Below, in pieces: positions 48,993-59,111 of a DNA stretch of 64,000 bases. Source of the DNA: Gammaproteobacteria bacterium (GTDB lineage: Bacteria > Pseudomonadota > Gammaproteobacteria > Ga0077536); assembly GCA_019747795.1 (NCBI GenBank), contig JAIEQK010000018.1, positions 415-64,414 on the forward strand. Direction: 5' to 3'. Every line of letters starts with the position of its first letter. Positions within the stretch are counted from its first letter, which is position 1. The notes under the pieces were generated by a model, which made no database searches, had not been told where the DNA came from, and worked only from the letters and a program-made list of their open reading frames with translations. The position numbers and the translations under genes were made by a program.

Positions 48993-50102
48993 GTGTCCAG
49001 TTTTGACGTCATCGTCGTCGGTCTCGGCGCCATGGGCAGCGCGGCGGCCCTGCATCTCGCGCGGCGCGGCGCGAAGGTGCTCGGGCTCGAGCAGTTCACC
49101 CTCGCGCACGATCGCGGCAGCTCGCACGGCGAATCGCGGCTGATCCGCAAGGCCTACTTCGAGAGCCCGGCCTACGTACCGCTGCTCGAACGCGCCTATG
49201 CGCTGTGGGACGAGCTCGCCGATTTCAGCGGGCGCGCCCTGCTCCATCGCACCGGCCTGCTCCTGGTCGGCCGTGAGGACGCGCGCGGCGCCACCGAGCG
49301 CGCCCGCGCGGTCGCCGAGAAACACGCGATCGCGGTCGAGACGCTCGATGTGGACGAGGCGCGCGCGCGCTTTCCGCAGCTCGTCATCGGCGCGACCGAT
49401 GTCCTGCTGTGGGAACCGGGTGCGTGCTATCTCGAAGTCGAACGCTGCGTCGAAGCCCACGCCCGCGCCGCCGAACACGCCGGGGCACGGCTGTGCTTCG
49501 GCGAACGCGTGATCGCACTCGAGCAACAGGGGGCGGCGGCGCGAGTGGTCACCACCCACGGCAGCTACGTGGCCGAAAAACTGGTCATCACCGCCGGGCC
49601 GTGGGCGACGAAGCTGCTCGGCGCCCTCGGCCTGCCTTTGCGCGTGCACCGCGTGGTCCAGTCCTGGTACGCCGCGCCCGCGTCCTTCGAAGCGAGCGTC
49701 GGCATGCCGTGCTTCGCCTACGACACGGAGCAGGGGTTCTACTACGGCTTCCCGCGGCGCGGCGGCGAGATCAAGCTCGCCGAACACGCCGCCGACGACG
49801 AGGTCGATGCCGACACCGTCGACCGCGACGTGCGCGACGCGGACAGCGCGCGCACCGCGGCCTTCGCCGCGCGCAGCCTGCGTGGCGTGGGTGCGTCGCC
49901 GACCCGCGCCAAGGTCTGTCTCTACACCATGACGCCTGACGAACATTTCATCGTCGACCGCCACGAGCGGTTGATCTACGCGGCGGGCTTCTCCGGGCAC
50001 GGCTTCAAGTTCGCCCCGGTGATCGGCGAATCGCTCGCCGAGCTCGCGCTCACCGGCAACACGACGCTCGACCTGGGATTCCTACGTCGGCGCGATCGCT
50101 GA
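48993..50102 (+). CDS. Monomeric sarcosine oxidase / N-methyltryptophan oxidase-like FAD oxidoreductase
   Basis: 369 aa with a GTG start. FAD fold DVIVVGLGAMGSAAA, SHGESRLIRKAY, a candidate covalent-flavin Cys in VCLYTMTPDEHF, and GHGFKFAPVIGE. Confidence 0.8.
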   Translation: MSSFDVIVVGLGAMGSAAALHLARRGAKVLGLEQFTLAHDRGSSHGESRLIRKAYFESPAYVPLLERAYALWDELADFSGRALLHRTGLLLVGREDARGATERARAVAEKHAIAVETLDVDEARARFPQLVIGATDVLLWEPGACYLEVERCVEAHARAAEHAGARLCFGERVIALEQQGAAARVVTTHGSYVAEKLVITAGPWATKLLGALGLPLRVHRVVQSWYAAPASFEASVGMPCFAYDTEQGFYYGFPRRGGEIKLAEHAADDEVDADTVDRDVRDADSARTAAFAARSLRGVGASPTRAKVCLYTMTPDEHFIVDRHERLIYAAGFSGHGFKFAPVIGESLAELALTGNTTLDLGFLRRRDR

Positions 50103-50999
50103 ACCCTGCCCGCCAAGGGCGGCCACCTTGCTCGCAGAGCCGGGACCGCAGGTCACGAAGCCGCGGCTCAACACCGGCGCGCCGTGCACGTCCCGCACGG
50201 CGAAGGAGAGTGCGTCCGGACCGCACTCCACCGCGTGCAGCGTGAGCGTGGACGGCAGACGCACCATGCCGCTCATGCGGCACCCGAGGCGGGTCACGCG
50301 CGCCGGCGTGCCTTGCAGGCGCGTCGCCACCACGGTCGAGAGGGCGAGCGCGAGCGTCGCCGTGCCGTGCAGGATGATGTCGGGCAGGCCGGCGGCGAGC
50401 GCGTGCGCGAGATCGCTGTGTATCGGGTTCCAGATGCGCGCGCACTCGGTGTAGACGTGGGCGAGGCCGGCCGGCACCTCGATGGCGTGGCCGGGGCCGT
50501 CGGGCGCCTGGTCCGCGGCGACGGGCCAGGCCGGCGCCGCTTCCAGCGCGCGCGGCGCGCCGTCGATGGCGACGCCACGGTAGAGCGTGCCCTGGTAGGT
50601 GCGGGTGACGAGTTCGCCCGCCGCGTCGCGCGTGTCGATGCGCTTCACCAGGTAGGCGCCCGGACGGCGCGCCTCCAGGGCGATGGCGGTCGCCGTCACC
50701 TGCAGGCGTTCGCCGGCGCGCAGTGGACGCAGCAGGTGGAGATCGTGTTCGGCATGCACCGCGGCGGCCTTCTCGGCCGCGGTCATGGCGCCGGCCTCGG
50801 TGCTCTCGCGCAGCGCGACGATGGCGTCCCACTCGAGGCACACGGGAAACAGCGGGTGATGGGCGAGCGGCTGCCTGGTGTCGAAGTAACAGGGCGCGCG
50901 TTCACCCAGCGCCGCCGCATAGGCCATCAGCCACCGCGCATCGGCGGTGTAGTGGAACGGGCCGCTGACGGCGCCGACGAGGCTCGCGGGCAAGGGCAT
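50082..50999 (-). CDS. Double hot-dog MaoC-like (R)-hydratase/dehydratase family protein
   Basis: 305 aa with two hot-dog-like halves. The second half has ...IHSD..A...G.P..ILHG.. Function is inferred from the fold only. Confidence 0.6.
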   Translation of the reverse strand: MPLPASLVGAVSGPFHYTADARWLMAYAAALGERAPCYFDTRQPLAHHPLFPVCLEWDAIVALRESTEAGAMTAAEKAAAVHAEHDLHLLRPLRAGERLQVTATAIALEARRPGAYLVKRIDTRDAAGELVTRTYQGTLYRGVAIDGAPRALEAAPAWPVAADQAPDGPGHAIEVPAGLAHVYTECARIWNPIHSDLAHALAAGLPDIILHGTATLALALSTVVATRLQGTPARVTRLGCRMSGMVRLPSTLTLHAVECGPDALSFAVRDVHGAPVLSRGFVTCGPGSASKVAALGGQGSAIAPT

Positions 51000-51113
51000 G
51001 GCACGAGTCTACACAGCGCCGCGCGCCCGGTCATCGCGCGCCGCGGCGGGGGCTGCGGCCTCGCGCGCGGCACGGCACAATGGCGCCGCCCTTCGCCACC
51101 CAGGAACGGAACC

Positions 51114-52391
51114 ATGGAAGTCATCCCGACGGCGCTCGTCGCGCCGCTGTTCAACCCCGCCACCTTCGCCGTGCGCGGCGCGGTCGACAGTCTGCTCACC
51201 GAGATCCGCCGCGACTATCCCCTGGCGCAGGCCGAGGTGCCCGGTTTCGATCCGCACTGGATAGTGAGTCGCCACGCGGACATCCAGGAGGTCTCCCGCC
51301 AGAACGAGCTGTTCCACAGCGCCGACCGCTCCGCGACCCTGATTCCGCAGATGGGCGAGGTGCTGGTGCAGCAGTTCACCGGCGGCGACTACAACCTGTT
51401 CCGCTCACTGGTGCAGCTGGACGGCGCCGAGCACAAGGCGCATCGCCGCGTGCTGTTCCAGGCGCTCGCGTCGCACTCGGTCGCGCAGCTCACCGAGAGC
51501 ATGCGCGCCACGGCCCGCGCCCAGCTCGCGACGCTCCGCGAGCGCGGCGGCGAGCTCGACTGGTCGAAGGAGATAGCGACGCCCTATCCCCTGCAGGTGG
51601 TGCTCGATGCGATCGGCGTGCCGCGCGTCGATCATCCGCGCATGCTGCGGCTCACCCAGTGGCTGTTCAGCTGGGCCGATCCGGACCTGCGTCGCCCCGG
51701 CAGCGACCCGAGCGATCCCGAGCAGCAGGCGCGCACCTGGAAAATCGTCCTTGAGGAGTTCGACGAGTATTTCTCCACGCTCATCGAGGAACGGCGGCGC
51801 ACGCCGCAGGACGATCTCGCCACCTTGATCGCCAACGCCGAGATCGACGGGGAGCCCATGGCCCACAGCCGCGCGATCTCCTACTTCGCGATCCTATCCA
51901 CCGCCGGCCACGACTCCACGGCCCACACCACCGCGACCGCGATGTGGGTGCTGGCGGAGAACCCGGACCTGTTCGCCGCGCTGAAGGCCGATGCGGCGCT
52001 GATCCCCAACTTCGTCGAAGAGGCCATCCGCTGGACGACCCCGGTCAAGCACTTCGTGCGCCACGCCACGGCGGACTGCACGCTGGCCGGCAAGGTCATC
52101 GCCAAGGGCGATCGCCTGTACCTCTCCTACCCGTCCGGCAACCGTGACGAGGCGGAGTTCGACGAGCCCTTCCGCTTCCGGCTCGATCGCGCGCGCAATC
52201 GCCACGTCGGCTTCGGCTACGGCGGTCACGTGTGCCTGGGCCAGCATCTCGCACGTCTCGAGATGCGTACCCTATGGGAGGAACTGCTGCCGGTCCTCGA
52301 AGCCGTGGAGATGACCGGCGAGGGGGAACTCATCGCCTCCGAGTTCGTGTCGGGGCCGAAGAAAGTGCCGGTGCGCTGCCGGCTCGCCTGA
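51114..52391 (+). CDS. Cytochrome P450
   Basis: 425 aa from ATG 51114. I-helix AGHDSTAHT, ExxR, and heme loop FGYGGHVCLGQHLA. Confidence 0.9.
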   Translation: MEVIPTALVAPLFNPATFAVRGAVDSLLTEIRRDYPLAQAEVPGFDPHWIVSRHADIQEVSRQNELFHSADRSATLIPQMGEVLVQQFTGGDYNLFRSLVQLDGAEHKAHRRVLFQALASHSVAQLTESMRATARAQLATLRERGGELDWSKEIATPYPLQVVLDAIGVPRVDHPRMLRLTQWLFSWADPDLRRPGSDPSDPEQQARTWKIVLEEFDEYFSTLIEERRRTPQDDLATLIANAEIDGEPMAHSRAISYFAILSTAGHDSTAHTTATAMWVLAENPDLFAALKADAALIPNFVEEAIRWTTPVKHFVRHATADCTLAGKVIAKGDRLYLSYPSGNRDEAEFDEPFRFRLDRARNRHVGFGYGGHVCLGQHLARLEMRTLWEELLPVLEAVEMTGEGELIASEFVSGPKKVPVRCRLA

Positions 52392-52521
52392 GACTGGCGC
52401 GCGCCGGCTTGCCTGCGCGCCTCCGCCCTCCCACAATCCCGAGCGACGACGCTGCCGATCCGCGGCGTCATGGCCGCCGCGGCGGCTCACCATGGAGCCA
52501 CGACTGGGGAGGTCGCCAACC

Positions 52522-53823
52522 ATGTCCACGCCAGTACACGCGCAGGATGCCGCGCTCGCATCCGCAGACTTGCTCACCGACTTCGATCACCTCGAACCGC
52601 ACATCGGCGCGGACGGCACGCCCCTCGCCTACTACGAGGCCCTGCGCGACGCGGCCGCCGAGAGCGGCCACTACGTCCACTGGTGCGAACGCTACGACGG
52701 CTTCTGGGCGGTGTTCGGCTACGAGGAATACACCGAGATCACACGCCACCCCGAGCGCTTCTCCAACACCGAGCCGACCTTTCCACGCTACGCGCTCGGC
52801 GAACCACTGATGATCGCCGGGCAGGACGATCCCGAGCATCGCTTCGCGCGCGCGCTGGTCAATTCCTCCTTCGGACCGCACGGCGTGCAGGTCTACGAGC
52901 CGATGCTGCGTGAGAACGTGAACCTGCTCATCGACGGCATCATTGCCGACGGCGCGGTGGACATCGCGCAGCTCATCGCGCGGCCCATTCCGGCCATCCT
53001 GACCGCGCTCCTGATGGGTCTGCCGGCGGAGCTTGGCCCGAAGTTCATGGCCTGGTGCCGGGCGATCTCCGAAGGGCACATCCTCGATCCGGAAGGTTCG
53101 AAGCCGCTGATCGAGGAGATGTACGCCTACTTCGACGACACCATCGCGCGGCGCAAGCAGGACGGCGGCGCGGACATCCTGTCGACGGTGATCAACGCCG
53201 AAGTCGACGGCCGCCGCTTCACCCATCGGGAACTGCGCGGCTTCTGCACGCTGCTCATGCTGGGCGGCATCGACAACACCAAGAACCTGGTCGGCACGCT
53301 GCTGTGGCGACTCGCCTGGGACATCGACCTGCGCACCCGGCTGTTGCGCGATCGCGCGCTGATCCCGCGCGCCATCCAGGAGTGCCTGCGCTACTACTCG
53401 CCGGCCTTCACCGCGCGCCTGCTGTTGGAGGACACGAGCGTCGGCGGCGTGACGATGAAGGCAGGACAGATGCTCCTGCTGTGCAACCCCATCGCGAATC
53501 GCGATCGCCGCGCGTTCGATCATCCGGACAGCTTCATCCTCGATCGGCCACCCAATCGCCACGTCGGCCTCGGGCTCGGCGTGCATCGCTGCCTCGGCGC
53601 CCATCTCGTGGCGCTGGAAGCGCGTGTGATCGTCGAGGAACTGCTCGATCGCCTGCCGCATTTCCGTCTCGACCCGGCTCGCCCGAGCCGGTGGTGGCCG
53701 GGCTTCGTGTCGGGCATGGGCAATGTGCCGGTGCTGTTCGAACCGCAGGCGCCCAGACGCGACGTGCGCGGCAACGCGGGCGTCGAGACGTGGCTCGCCA
53801 GCGCGCGGGCGTTGCCCGCATGA
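52522..53823 (+). CDS. Cytochrome P450 (second, divergent copy)
   Basis: 433 aa from ATG 52522, after GGAGG. I-helix LMLGGIDNT, and heme loop LGLGVHRCLGAHLV. Confidence 0.9.
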   Translation: MSTPVHAQDAALASADLLTDFDHLEPHIGADGTPLAYYEALRDAAAESGHYVHWCERYDGFWAVFGYEEYTEITRHPERFSNTEPTFPRYALGEPLMIAGQDDPEHRFARALVNSSFGPHGVQVYEPMLRENVNLLIDGIIADGAVDIAQLIARPIPAILTALLMGLPAELGPKFMAWCRAISEGHILDPEGSKPLIEEMYAYFDDTIARRKQDGGADILSTVINAEVDGRRFTHRELRGFCTLLMLGGIDNTKNLVGTLLWRLAWDIDLRTRLLRDRALIPRAIQECLRYYSPAFTARLLLEDTSVGGVTMKAGQMLLLCNPIANRDRRAFDHPDSFILDRPPNRHVGLGLGVHRCLGAHLVALEARVIVEELLDRLPHFRLDPARPSRWWPGFVSGMGNVPVLFEPQAPRRDVRGNAGVETWLASARALPA

Positions 53824-54140
53824 CGCAGGTGACCGTCACGACCCGGGACGGCGCGGTGCACACGCTCGAGTGCCGGGACGGCCTGAGTCTCATGGAGAAC
53901 ATCCGCGCGCACGGCCTCGACGAACTGGCGGCGCTGTGCGGCGGCAACATGTCCTGCGGTACCTGCCACGTGCTGGTCGCGCCCGACAGCCTCGCGCGCC
54001 TGCCGCCCGTGGGTGTCGACGAAGGCTACCTGCTCGAACTCTCGCCCCATCGCGAATCCTGCAGCCGCCTGTCCTGCCAGGTGACGGTGACCCAAGCGCT
54101 CGCCGGACTCGCGGTCCGCATCGCGCCGGAAGACGCCTGA
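53820..54140 (+). CDS. [2Fe-2S] ferredoxin, adrenodoxin/putidaredoxin type
   Basis: 106 aa with an ATGA overlap with the P450 stop. Cluster ligands in CGGNMSCGTCHV ... SCQV. Confidence 0.88.
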   Translation: MTQVTVTTRDGAVHTLECRDGLSLMENIRAHGLDELAALCGGNMSCGTCHVLVAPDSLARLPPVGVDEGYLLELSPHRESCSRLSCQVTVTQALAGLAVRIAPEDA

Positions 54141-54214
54141 CGGACAGGGCGCGCCGCGCTTGCGCGCGGGGCGCGATTGTGGCCCCTTAGCGGTCCCGAC
54201 CGCGGACAGTCGCG

Positions 54215-55039
54215 ATGCCATTCGAGCGGGTCGAACCCGACATGCAGTTTCCCGAGGGCTTAATGCTGCGCGAGCCCTATGCGCTCGCGCTGCGCTCGCC
54301 GCTGTTCGCGGCGCTCGAGGCTCATTCCGCGCGCTTCAACCAGGCCAACCAGGCGCTGCTCGCGCGCTACGAACGCAAATGGGTGCTCGATCCGCTGCAC
54401 CAGTGGAGCCGCCAGTACGAGTATCCCTACGTGGCGACCCGCGTGGCGGGTGCGCGCCGGCTGCTCGATGCCGGCAGCGGCTTTTCGTTCTTTCCCTACT
54501 ACCTTGCCGAGCACGACCCGGACCTCGAGATCGCCTGCGTCGACAGCGACGCGGCGCTCGGCGAACTGCACGCGGCCTCCAGCCTGCGCACGCCGCGCAT
54601 CGGCTTCACCGCCTGCGACATGCGTGCCACCGGCCTCGCAAGCGCGAGCTTCGACGCGATTTCCTGCATCTCAGTGCTGGAACACACCGACGCCTACGGC
54701 GAGATCATCGACGAGTTCCACCGCCTGCTGACGCCGGGCGGCGCGCTGGTGCTGACCTTCGACGTGTCACTGGACGGCAGGAGCGAGATCTCCCAGGACC
54801 GCCTGCCCGCCTTCCTCGCCAGGCTCGAAACGAAGTTCCGCTACCTCGCGCCGCCGGATCTCACCGCGCTCGCGAGCGACGCGCTGGTTCGCACCACGGA
54901 CTTCACACGCGCGTCGGGACTGCTGCCCTGGCGCCATCCACGGCTGTCCGCGGCGCTCGCGGCGCTGAAGAAGGGGCGGCTGCCGCGCGGCGCGATGAAG
55001 CGCCTCGGCTGCTGCTGCCTGACGCTCTACAAGCGCTGA
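54215..55039 (+). CDS. Class I SAM-dependent methyltransferase
   Basis: 274 aa. Motif I is LLDAGSGFS. Post-I and motif II are FDAISCISVLEH and LTPGGALVLTFD. Confidence 0.78.
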   Translation: MPFERVEPDMQFPEGLMLREPYALALRSPLFAALEAHSARFNQANQALLARYERKWVLDPLHQWSRQYEYPYVATRVAGARRLLDAGSGFSFFPYYLAEHDPDLEIACVDSDAALGELHAASSLRTPRIGFTACDMRATGLASASFDAISCISVLEHTDAYGEIIDEFHRLLTPGGALVLTFDVSLDGRSEISQDRLPAFLARLETKFRYLAPPDLTALASDALVRTTDFTRASGLLPWRHPRLSAALAALKKGRLPRGAMKRLGCCCLTLYKR

Positions 55040-55189
55040 GCGGCGCGGTTCCGCAGGGCCAGCCCGCCAGCCAGGCGTCCGCCACGGCGCACCGCCCTCC
55101 CCGAAAGCTGGTAAGGCGCATGCTGGCCGCTGTGGCAGACTGCGGTCCCCAGGCGCCGACCTGGCCGCATGCAACACCGAGGAGAGGTC

Positions 55190-56197
55190 ATGGCAATCGT
55201 CGAAGTTCGCGAGCAGTGGCTCGCGCAGTCCACCGAGTCCGCCAACGACAAGGCGCGCTCGATCATCGATCCGCATCATCACTTTTTTCAGGACGCCACC
55301 GAGTTTCCGCACTACAACCTCGAACAGCTGTGGGCCGACATCGGTGAGCACGGCGTGCGCGGCACGGTCTACCTGCAGTGCTGGGAAGGCTACCGGCGCG
55401 ATGGACCGGAGGACATGAAGTGCGTGGGTGAGACCGAGTGGGTGGAAAGCATCGCCGCGCGCGCGCGGCAGCAGCCCGGACGACCGCAGATCCGAGCCAT
55501 GATGGGCGAGGCAGAGCTGCGCAATCCGCGCGCCCGCGCGGTGCTCGAAGCGCACTGCGCGGCGAGCCCGCTGTTCCGCGGCATTCGCCAGATTGCCGCC
55601 TGGGACGAGAGCAGCGACGTGCTGTTCGTGATGCACGGCGTGACCCATCCCAATCTCTATGCCGAACCCGAGTTCCGCGCCGGCTTCAAGGTGTTGAGCG
55701 AGATGGGCCTGCGCTTCGACGCCTGGCACTACCATCCGCAGACGCCGCACCTCACCGCCCTGGCGCGGGATTTCCCGGACACTCTCATCGTGCTCGATCA
55801 TCTCGGCACGCCCTGCGGCATCGGCCAGTACGAAGGGCACGAGGACGCGGTCTACGCGCGCTGGGCGAAGGATCTCACCGAACTCGCGAGCTGTCCGAAC
55901 GTGTACATCAAGCTCGGCGGCATGACCATGCCGTGGAACGGCTTCCATTTCGATCGGCTTCCGGCGCCGCCGACCTCCGACCAGCTGGTGGAGAAATGGG
56001 CGCGCTACTTCCACCACGCCATCGACGTGTTCGGGCCGGCGCGCGCGATGTTCGAGAGCAACTTCCCGGTGGACAAGTGCGGCACCACCTACGCGGTGCT
56101 GTGGAACGCGTTCAAGAAGCTCGCGGCGCGCTACACCGAGGCCGAGCAGGACCTCATGTTCCGCGGCGCTGCGGCGAAGTTCTACGGCATCGAGTAG
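55190..56197 (+). CDS. Amidohydrolase-2 (ACMSD-type, PF04909-like) metal-dependent hydrolase
   Basis: 335 aa from ATG 55190. Metal motif IDPHHHFF, then ...LDHLG.P.. and a TIM-barrel pattern. Confidence 0.8.
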   Translation: MAIVEVREQWLAQSTESANDKARSIIDPHHHFFQDATEFPHYNLEQLWADIGEHGVRGTVYLQCWEGYRRDGPEDMKCVGETEWVESIAARARQQPGRPQIRAMMGEAELRNPRARAVLEAHCAASPLFRGIRQIAAWDESSDVLFVMHGVTHPNLYAEPEFRAGFKVLSEMGLRFDAWHYHPQTPHLTALARDFPDTLIVLDHLGTPCGIGQYEGHEDAVYARWAKDLTELASCPNVYIKLGGMTMPWNGFHFDRLPAPPTSDQLVEKWARYFHHAIDVFGPARAMFESNFPVDKCGTTYAVLWNAFKKLAARYTEAEQDLMFRGAAAKFYGIE

Positions 56198-56227
56198 ACG
56201 CGACCGCCAAGGCCTGCCACGCGCGCC

Positions 56228-56743
56228 TCAGCGGCGCGCGCGGTAGCGCTTCATGCCCTCGACGGCCTTGCCGGGCGAGTAGTGATGGGTGATGGTGATG
56301 GTGCGCCGGGCGAAGAACCAACGCCCGCGGCGCTTGACCAGTTCGTCCTCGTAGCGCCCGGCGAGGATGGTCACGCGGCCGCCGCCTTCGACGAAGTCCG
56401 AATCGAAATAGGTGCTGGCGGTGGCCGTGGCGCCGTCCACCCGTATGCACGGCTCGAAGATCTTGTGGCGCGCGTGGCTGGCCTTCGGCCAGCCGCGAAA
56501 GAACCCGCGATACCAGGCGGCGATGGCCGCACGACCCCGCGCCGGCGGTCCCTCGGCGAAGGACACCGCGAGTTCGCCCGCGGGCAGGAACAATTCGCTC
56601 AACGCTTCGAGCTGGCCCTGGTCGATGAAGGCGCAGTAATGGGACAGCACCTGGCGCACGCCTTCGTGATCGGCGGCGTTCGCCTTCGTCACCACGCCGC
56701 GCGTGGCGGCCGGTCCGCTCGTGGTCTTCGCTGCCCTCGCCAT
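56228..56743 (-). CDS. SnoaL-like / NTF2-fold protein
   Basis: 171 aa. VRQVLSHYCAFIDQGQLEALSELF... with a C-terminal ..GRWFFARRTITI, typical of SnoaL_4-type proteins. Confidence 0.7.
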   Translation of the reverse strand: MARAAKTTSGPAATRGVVTKANAADHEGVRQVLSHYCAFIDQGQLEALSELFLPAGELAVSFAEGPPARGRAAIAAWYRGFFRGWPKASHARHKIFEPCIRVDGATATASTYFDSDFVEGGGRVTILAGRYEDELVKRRGRWFFARRTITITHHYSPGKAVEGMKRYRARR

Positions 56744-56811
56744 GGCGCCTCCCCTTGCGCTGCTCGTGTGCGCTGGAGGTTAGCACGCCATGCGGCGCGC
56801 GAGGCGACGGT

Positions 56812-57609
56812 CTACCGACGGATCACGCGCAGCGCCGAACGATAGGCGCGCCAGCGACCCGGGTAGGGAACGCGCGCCTCGCGTCGGGCGAGCCACTTGC
56901 GCAGCGCGCGCAGCTTCACCAGGTCGCGCAGCGGGTAAAACCACCAGCGCTTCTTCAACTGCGACTGCAGCGCGGACCAGTTCGCCGCGGCGACCGAGCC
57001 CACCGCGCTTTCCTCGTTGACGAAGCCGATCATCGGCACCACCACGGCGAAACGCAGGCGGGTCTGCAAGCGGCTGTAGTGATCTATCGGCGTGCGGATG
57101 GGAAAGGCCTCGGCCAGGCGCTTCTCGGCGCCGGCGCGCGTGATGAGGTAGGCGTGCAGGCAATAGGGCCCGCCGGACAGCACGTAGGCCGTGAGGCCGG
57201 CGCCCAGATCGAAGGCGCTCTGGGCATCAAGGTAGATGAAGCCCGCGTCGCCCTCGTCGTCGCAGCCCAGGTAGCAGATGTCGAAGTCCAGGGTGCGGCA
57301 GCCCGCCTGCAGCAACGCGCGCGTCGGCGGCAGCAGCACGGCGTCGTCTTCCAGTACCAGGGCCACCGGCAGGTCGCGTTCGAGCATCAGCTGGTAGACG
57401 CCCATCTGCGACATGTAGGTGCCGACCGAGCCCGGCGTGCGGTTGCCCGAGGGATTCAGTTCCCAATGCTTGACCTCGCAGAGGTCGGCGCCGCGCACCG
57501 CTTCGAAGATCTCGTACTCGATGCCCAAGCCGGAGAGATGCCGATCGATACGCGCGCGACGTGCGACCGCAGTCTTCATGCTGATCACGAAAACGGGGAT
57601 TTGCTGCAC
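56812..57609 (-). CDS. Glycosyltransferase family 25 (LPS/LOS biosynthesis type)
   Basis: Family-typical N-terminus IPVFVISMKTAVARRARIDRHLSGLGIEYEIFEAV. I prefer GTG 57609 as the start (265 aa). The track start at 57744 adds about 45 Arg/Gly-rich residues. No good RBS at either. Confidence 0.65.
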   Translation of the reverse strand: MQQIPVFVISMKTAVARRARIDRHLSGLGIEYEIFEAVRGADLCEVKHWELNPSGNRTPGSVGTYMSQMGVYQLMLERDLPVALVLEDDAVLLPPTRALLQAGCRTLDFDICYLGCDDEGDAGFIYLDAQSAFDLGAGLTAYVLSGGPYCLHAYLITRAGAEKRLAEAFPIRTPIDHYSRLQTRLRFAVVVPMIGFVNEESAVGSVAAANWSALQSQLKKRWWFYPLRDLVKLRALRKWLARREARVPYPGRWRAYRSALRVIRR

Positions 57610-57842
57610 GCCGGCCGGGTTGGTTGGACTCTGGAAAATATCGGACGCGCGCGCCCTCCCTTGAGCGGCAGCGTGCGCGATGCCCAGTCCACGACTCTCG
57701 ACGACCCGTCCCCGGGCTGTCAAGCCGCGCGACCCGGCGACCACCCCTCCCCCATCGGGCTAGCCCGTTGGACCGGCATCGCTTCGGCGCGGCCGGCGGT
57801 CTACGCTTGCCGGCGGCGCACGTCGCGCCTGGGGAGAACCGC

Positions 57843-59003
57843 ATGTCAGCAACGCCATCCACGCCTGTGGTCACCGTCGACGCCGACGGCCACGTTCTCG
57901 AACCGCGCGATACCTGGCTCGAATACATCGCGCCCGCCTATCGCGCGCGGGCCATTCGCATCGATCACGACAGCCAGGGACTGGAGGTGCTGCTCATCGA
58001 CGGCAAGCCGCTGGAAGCGGTGCGCGGCCGCCTGGCCGGGCTGGGCGGCGTGGAGATGGACCCGACCGAACTGCTGACCACCGGCCGCTACCGCTATGAA
58101 GAAGGCTGCCCGCCCGGCAGCTGGGACCCGGCGGAGCGGCTGCGCATCCTCGACCAGGAGGGCATCGACATCGCCCTGCTCTACCCGACCATCGGCATCT
58201 GCTGGGAAGGACACGTGCAGGACCCGAAGCTTGCCCACGCCTACACCGAGGCCTACAACCGCTGGCTGTGCGACTTCTGCGGCCACGATCCCAAGCGCCT
58301 GGTGCCGATCATGCACCTCAACCTGTTGGACGTTGATCTCGCCGTGAAGGAGATGCACCGCGCCCATGCCGCAGGGTGTCGCGGCATCTATATCTCGCCC
58401 GATATGTACGCCCGCGGCCGGCGGCGCTTCGACGACCCGGCGCTCGACCCGTTCTGGTCGGCGGCCCAGGAACTCGGCCTGCCGGTAGCCTTCCACGTGG
58501 TGGTGCGCGACCAGCCCACCACCAGCTATGCCGATCCGCTGGACGACACCAACGGCGCGCGCTTCGGCCTGTTCAACTTCGCGTTTCTCGCCATCGACGT
58601 GATGGCGGCCTTCACCGAACTGCTGACCACCGGCGTGCTGGAGCGCTATCCGCGCCTCAAGGTGACGGTGCTGGAATCGGGCGCGAACTGGATCTCGGCC
58701 TGGCTCGACCGGCTCGATCACAAGTTCGAAGTCATGCACGCGCGCACCATCCTGAAGATGAAGCCGAGCGAGTACTTCAAGCGCCAGTGCCTGGTGTCGG
58801 CCGATCCGGACGAGACCATCACCGCGGAAGTGGTGAAGCACGTCGGCGCGCAGTACTTCGTGTGGGCCTCCGACTATCCGCACATCGACGCCTCCATGGG
58901 CGTGGTGCGCGAGATGCGCGAGCGGCTGAAGCCGCTGCCGGCGGCCGACCAGCGCCTGGTGCTGGGCGACAACGCACTGCGCTTCTACGGCCTCGCGCAC
59001 TGA
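57843..59003 (+). CDS. Amidohydrolase-2 family metal-dependent hydrolase (second copy)
   Basis: 386 aa from ATG 57843, after GGGGAGAA. VDADGHVLEP ... FHV ... WASDYPHID. Confidence 0.8.
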   Translation: MSATPSTPVVTVDADGHVLEPRDTWLEYIAPAYRARAIRIDHDSQGLEVLLIDGKPLEAVRGRLAGLGGVEMDPTELLTTGRYRYEEGCPPGSWDPAERLRILDQEGIDIALLYPTIGICWEGHVQDPKLAHAYTEAYNRWLCDFCGHDPKRLVPIMHLNLLDVDLAVKEMHRAHAAGCRGIYISPDMYARGRRRFDDPALDPFWSAAQELGLPVAFHVVVRDQPTTSYADPLDDTNGARFGLFNFAFLAIDVMAAFTELLTTGVLERYPRLKVTVLESGANWISAWLDRLDHKFEVMHARTILKMKPSEYFKRQCLVSADPDETITAEVVKHVGAQYFVWASDYPHIDASMGVVREMRERLKPLPAADQRLVLGDNALRFYGLAH

Positions 59004-59111
59004 CCCGCGGCGCGGCGCGCGCTGCCCGGGCGGGCAGCGCACCATTTGCCTCGCGCGCGGCGGGAATGGAACAATCCCGGTCCCATTCCGCTGCGCGCAG
59101 AGGTGCTCTCC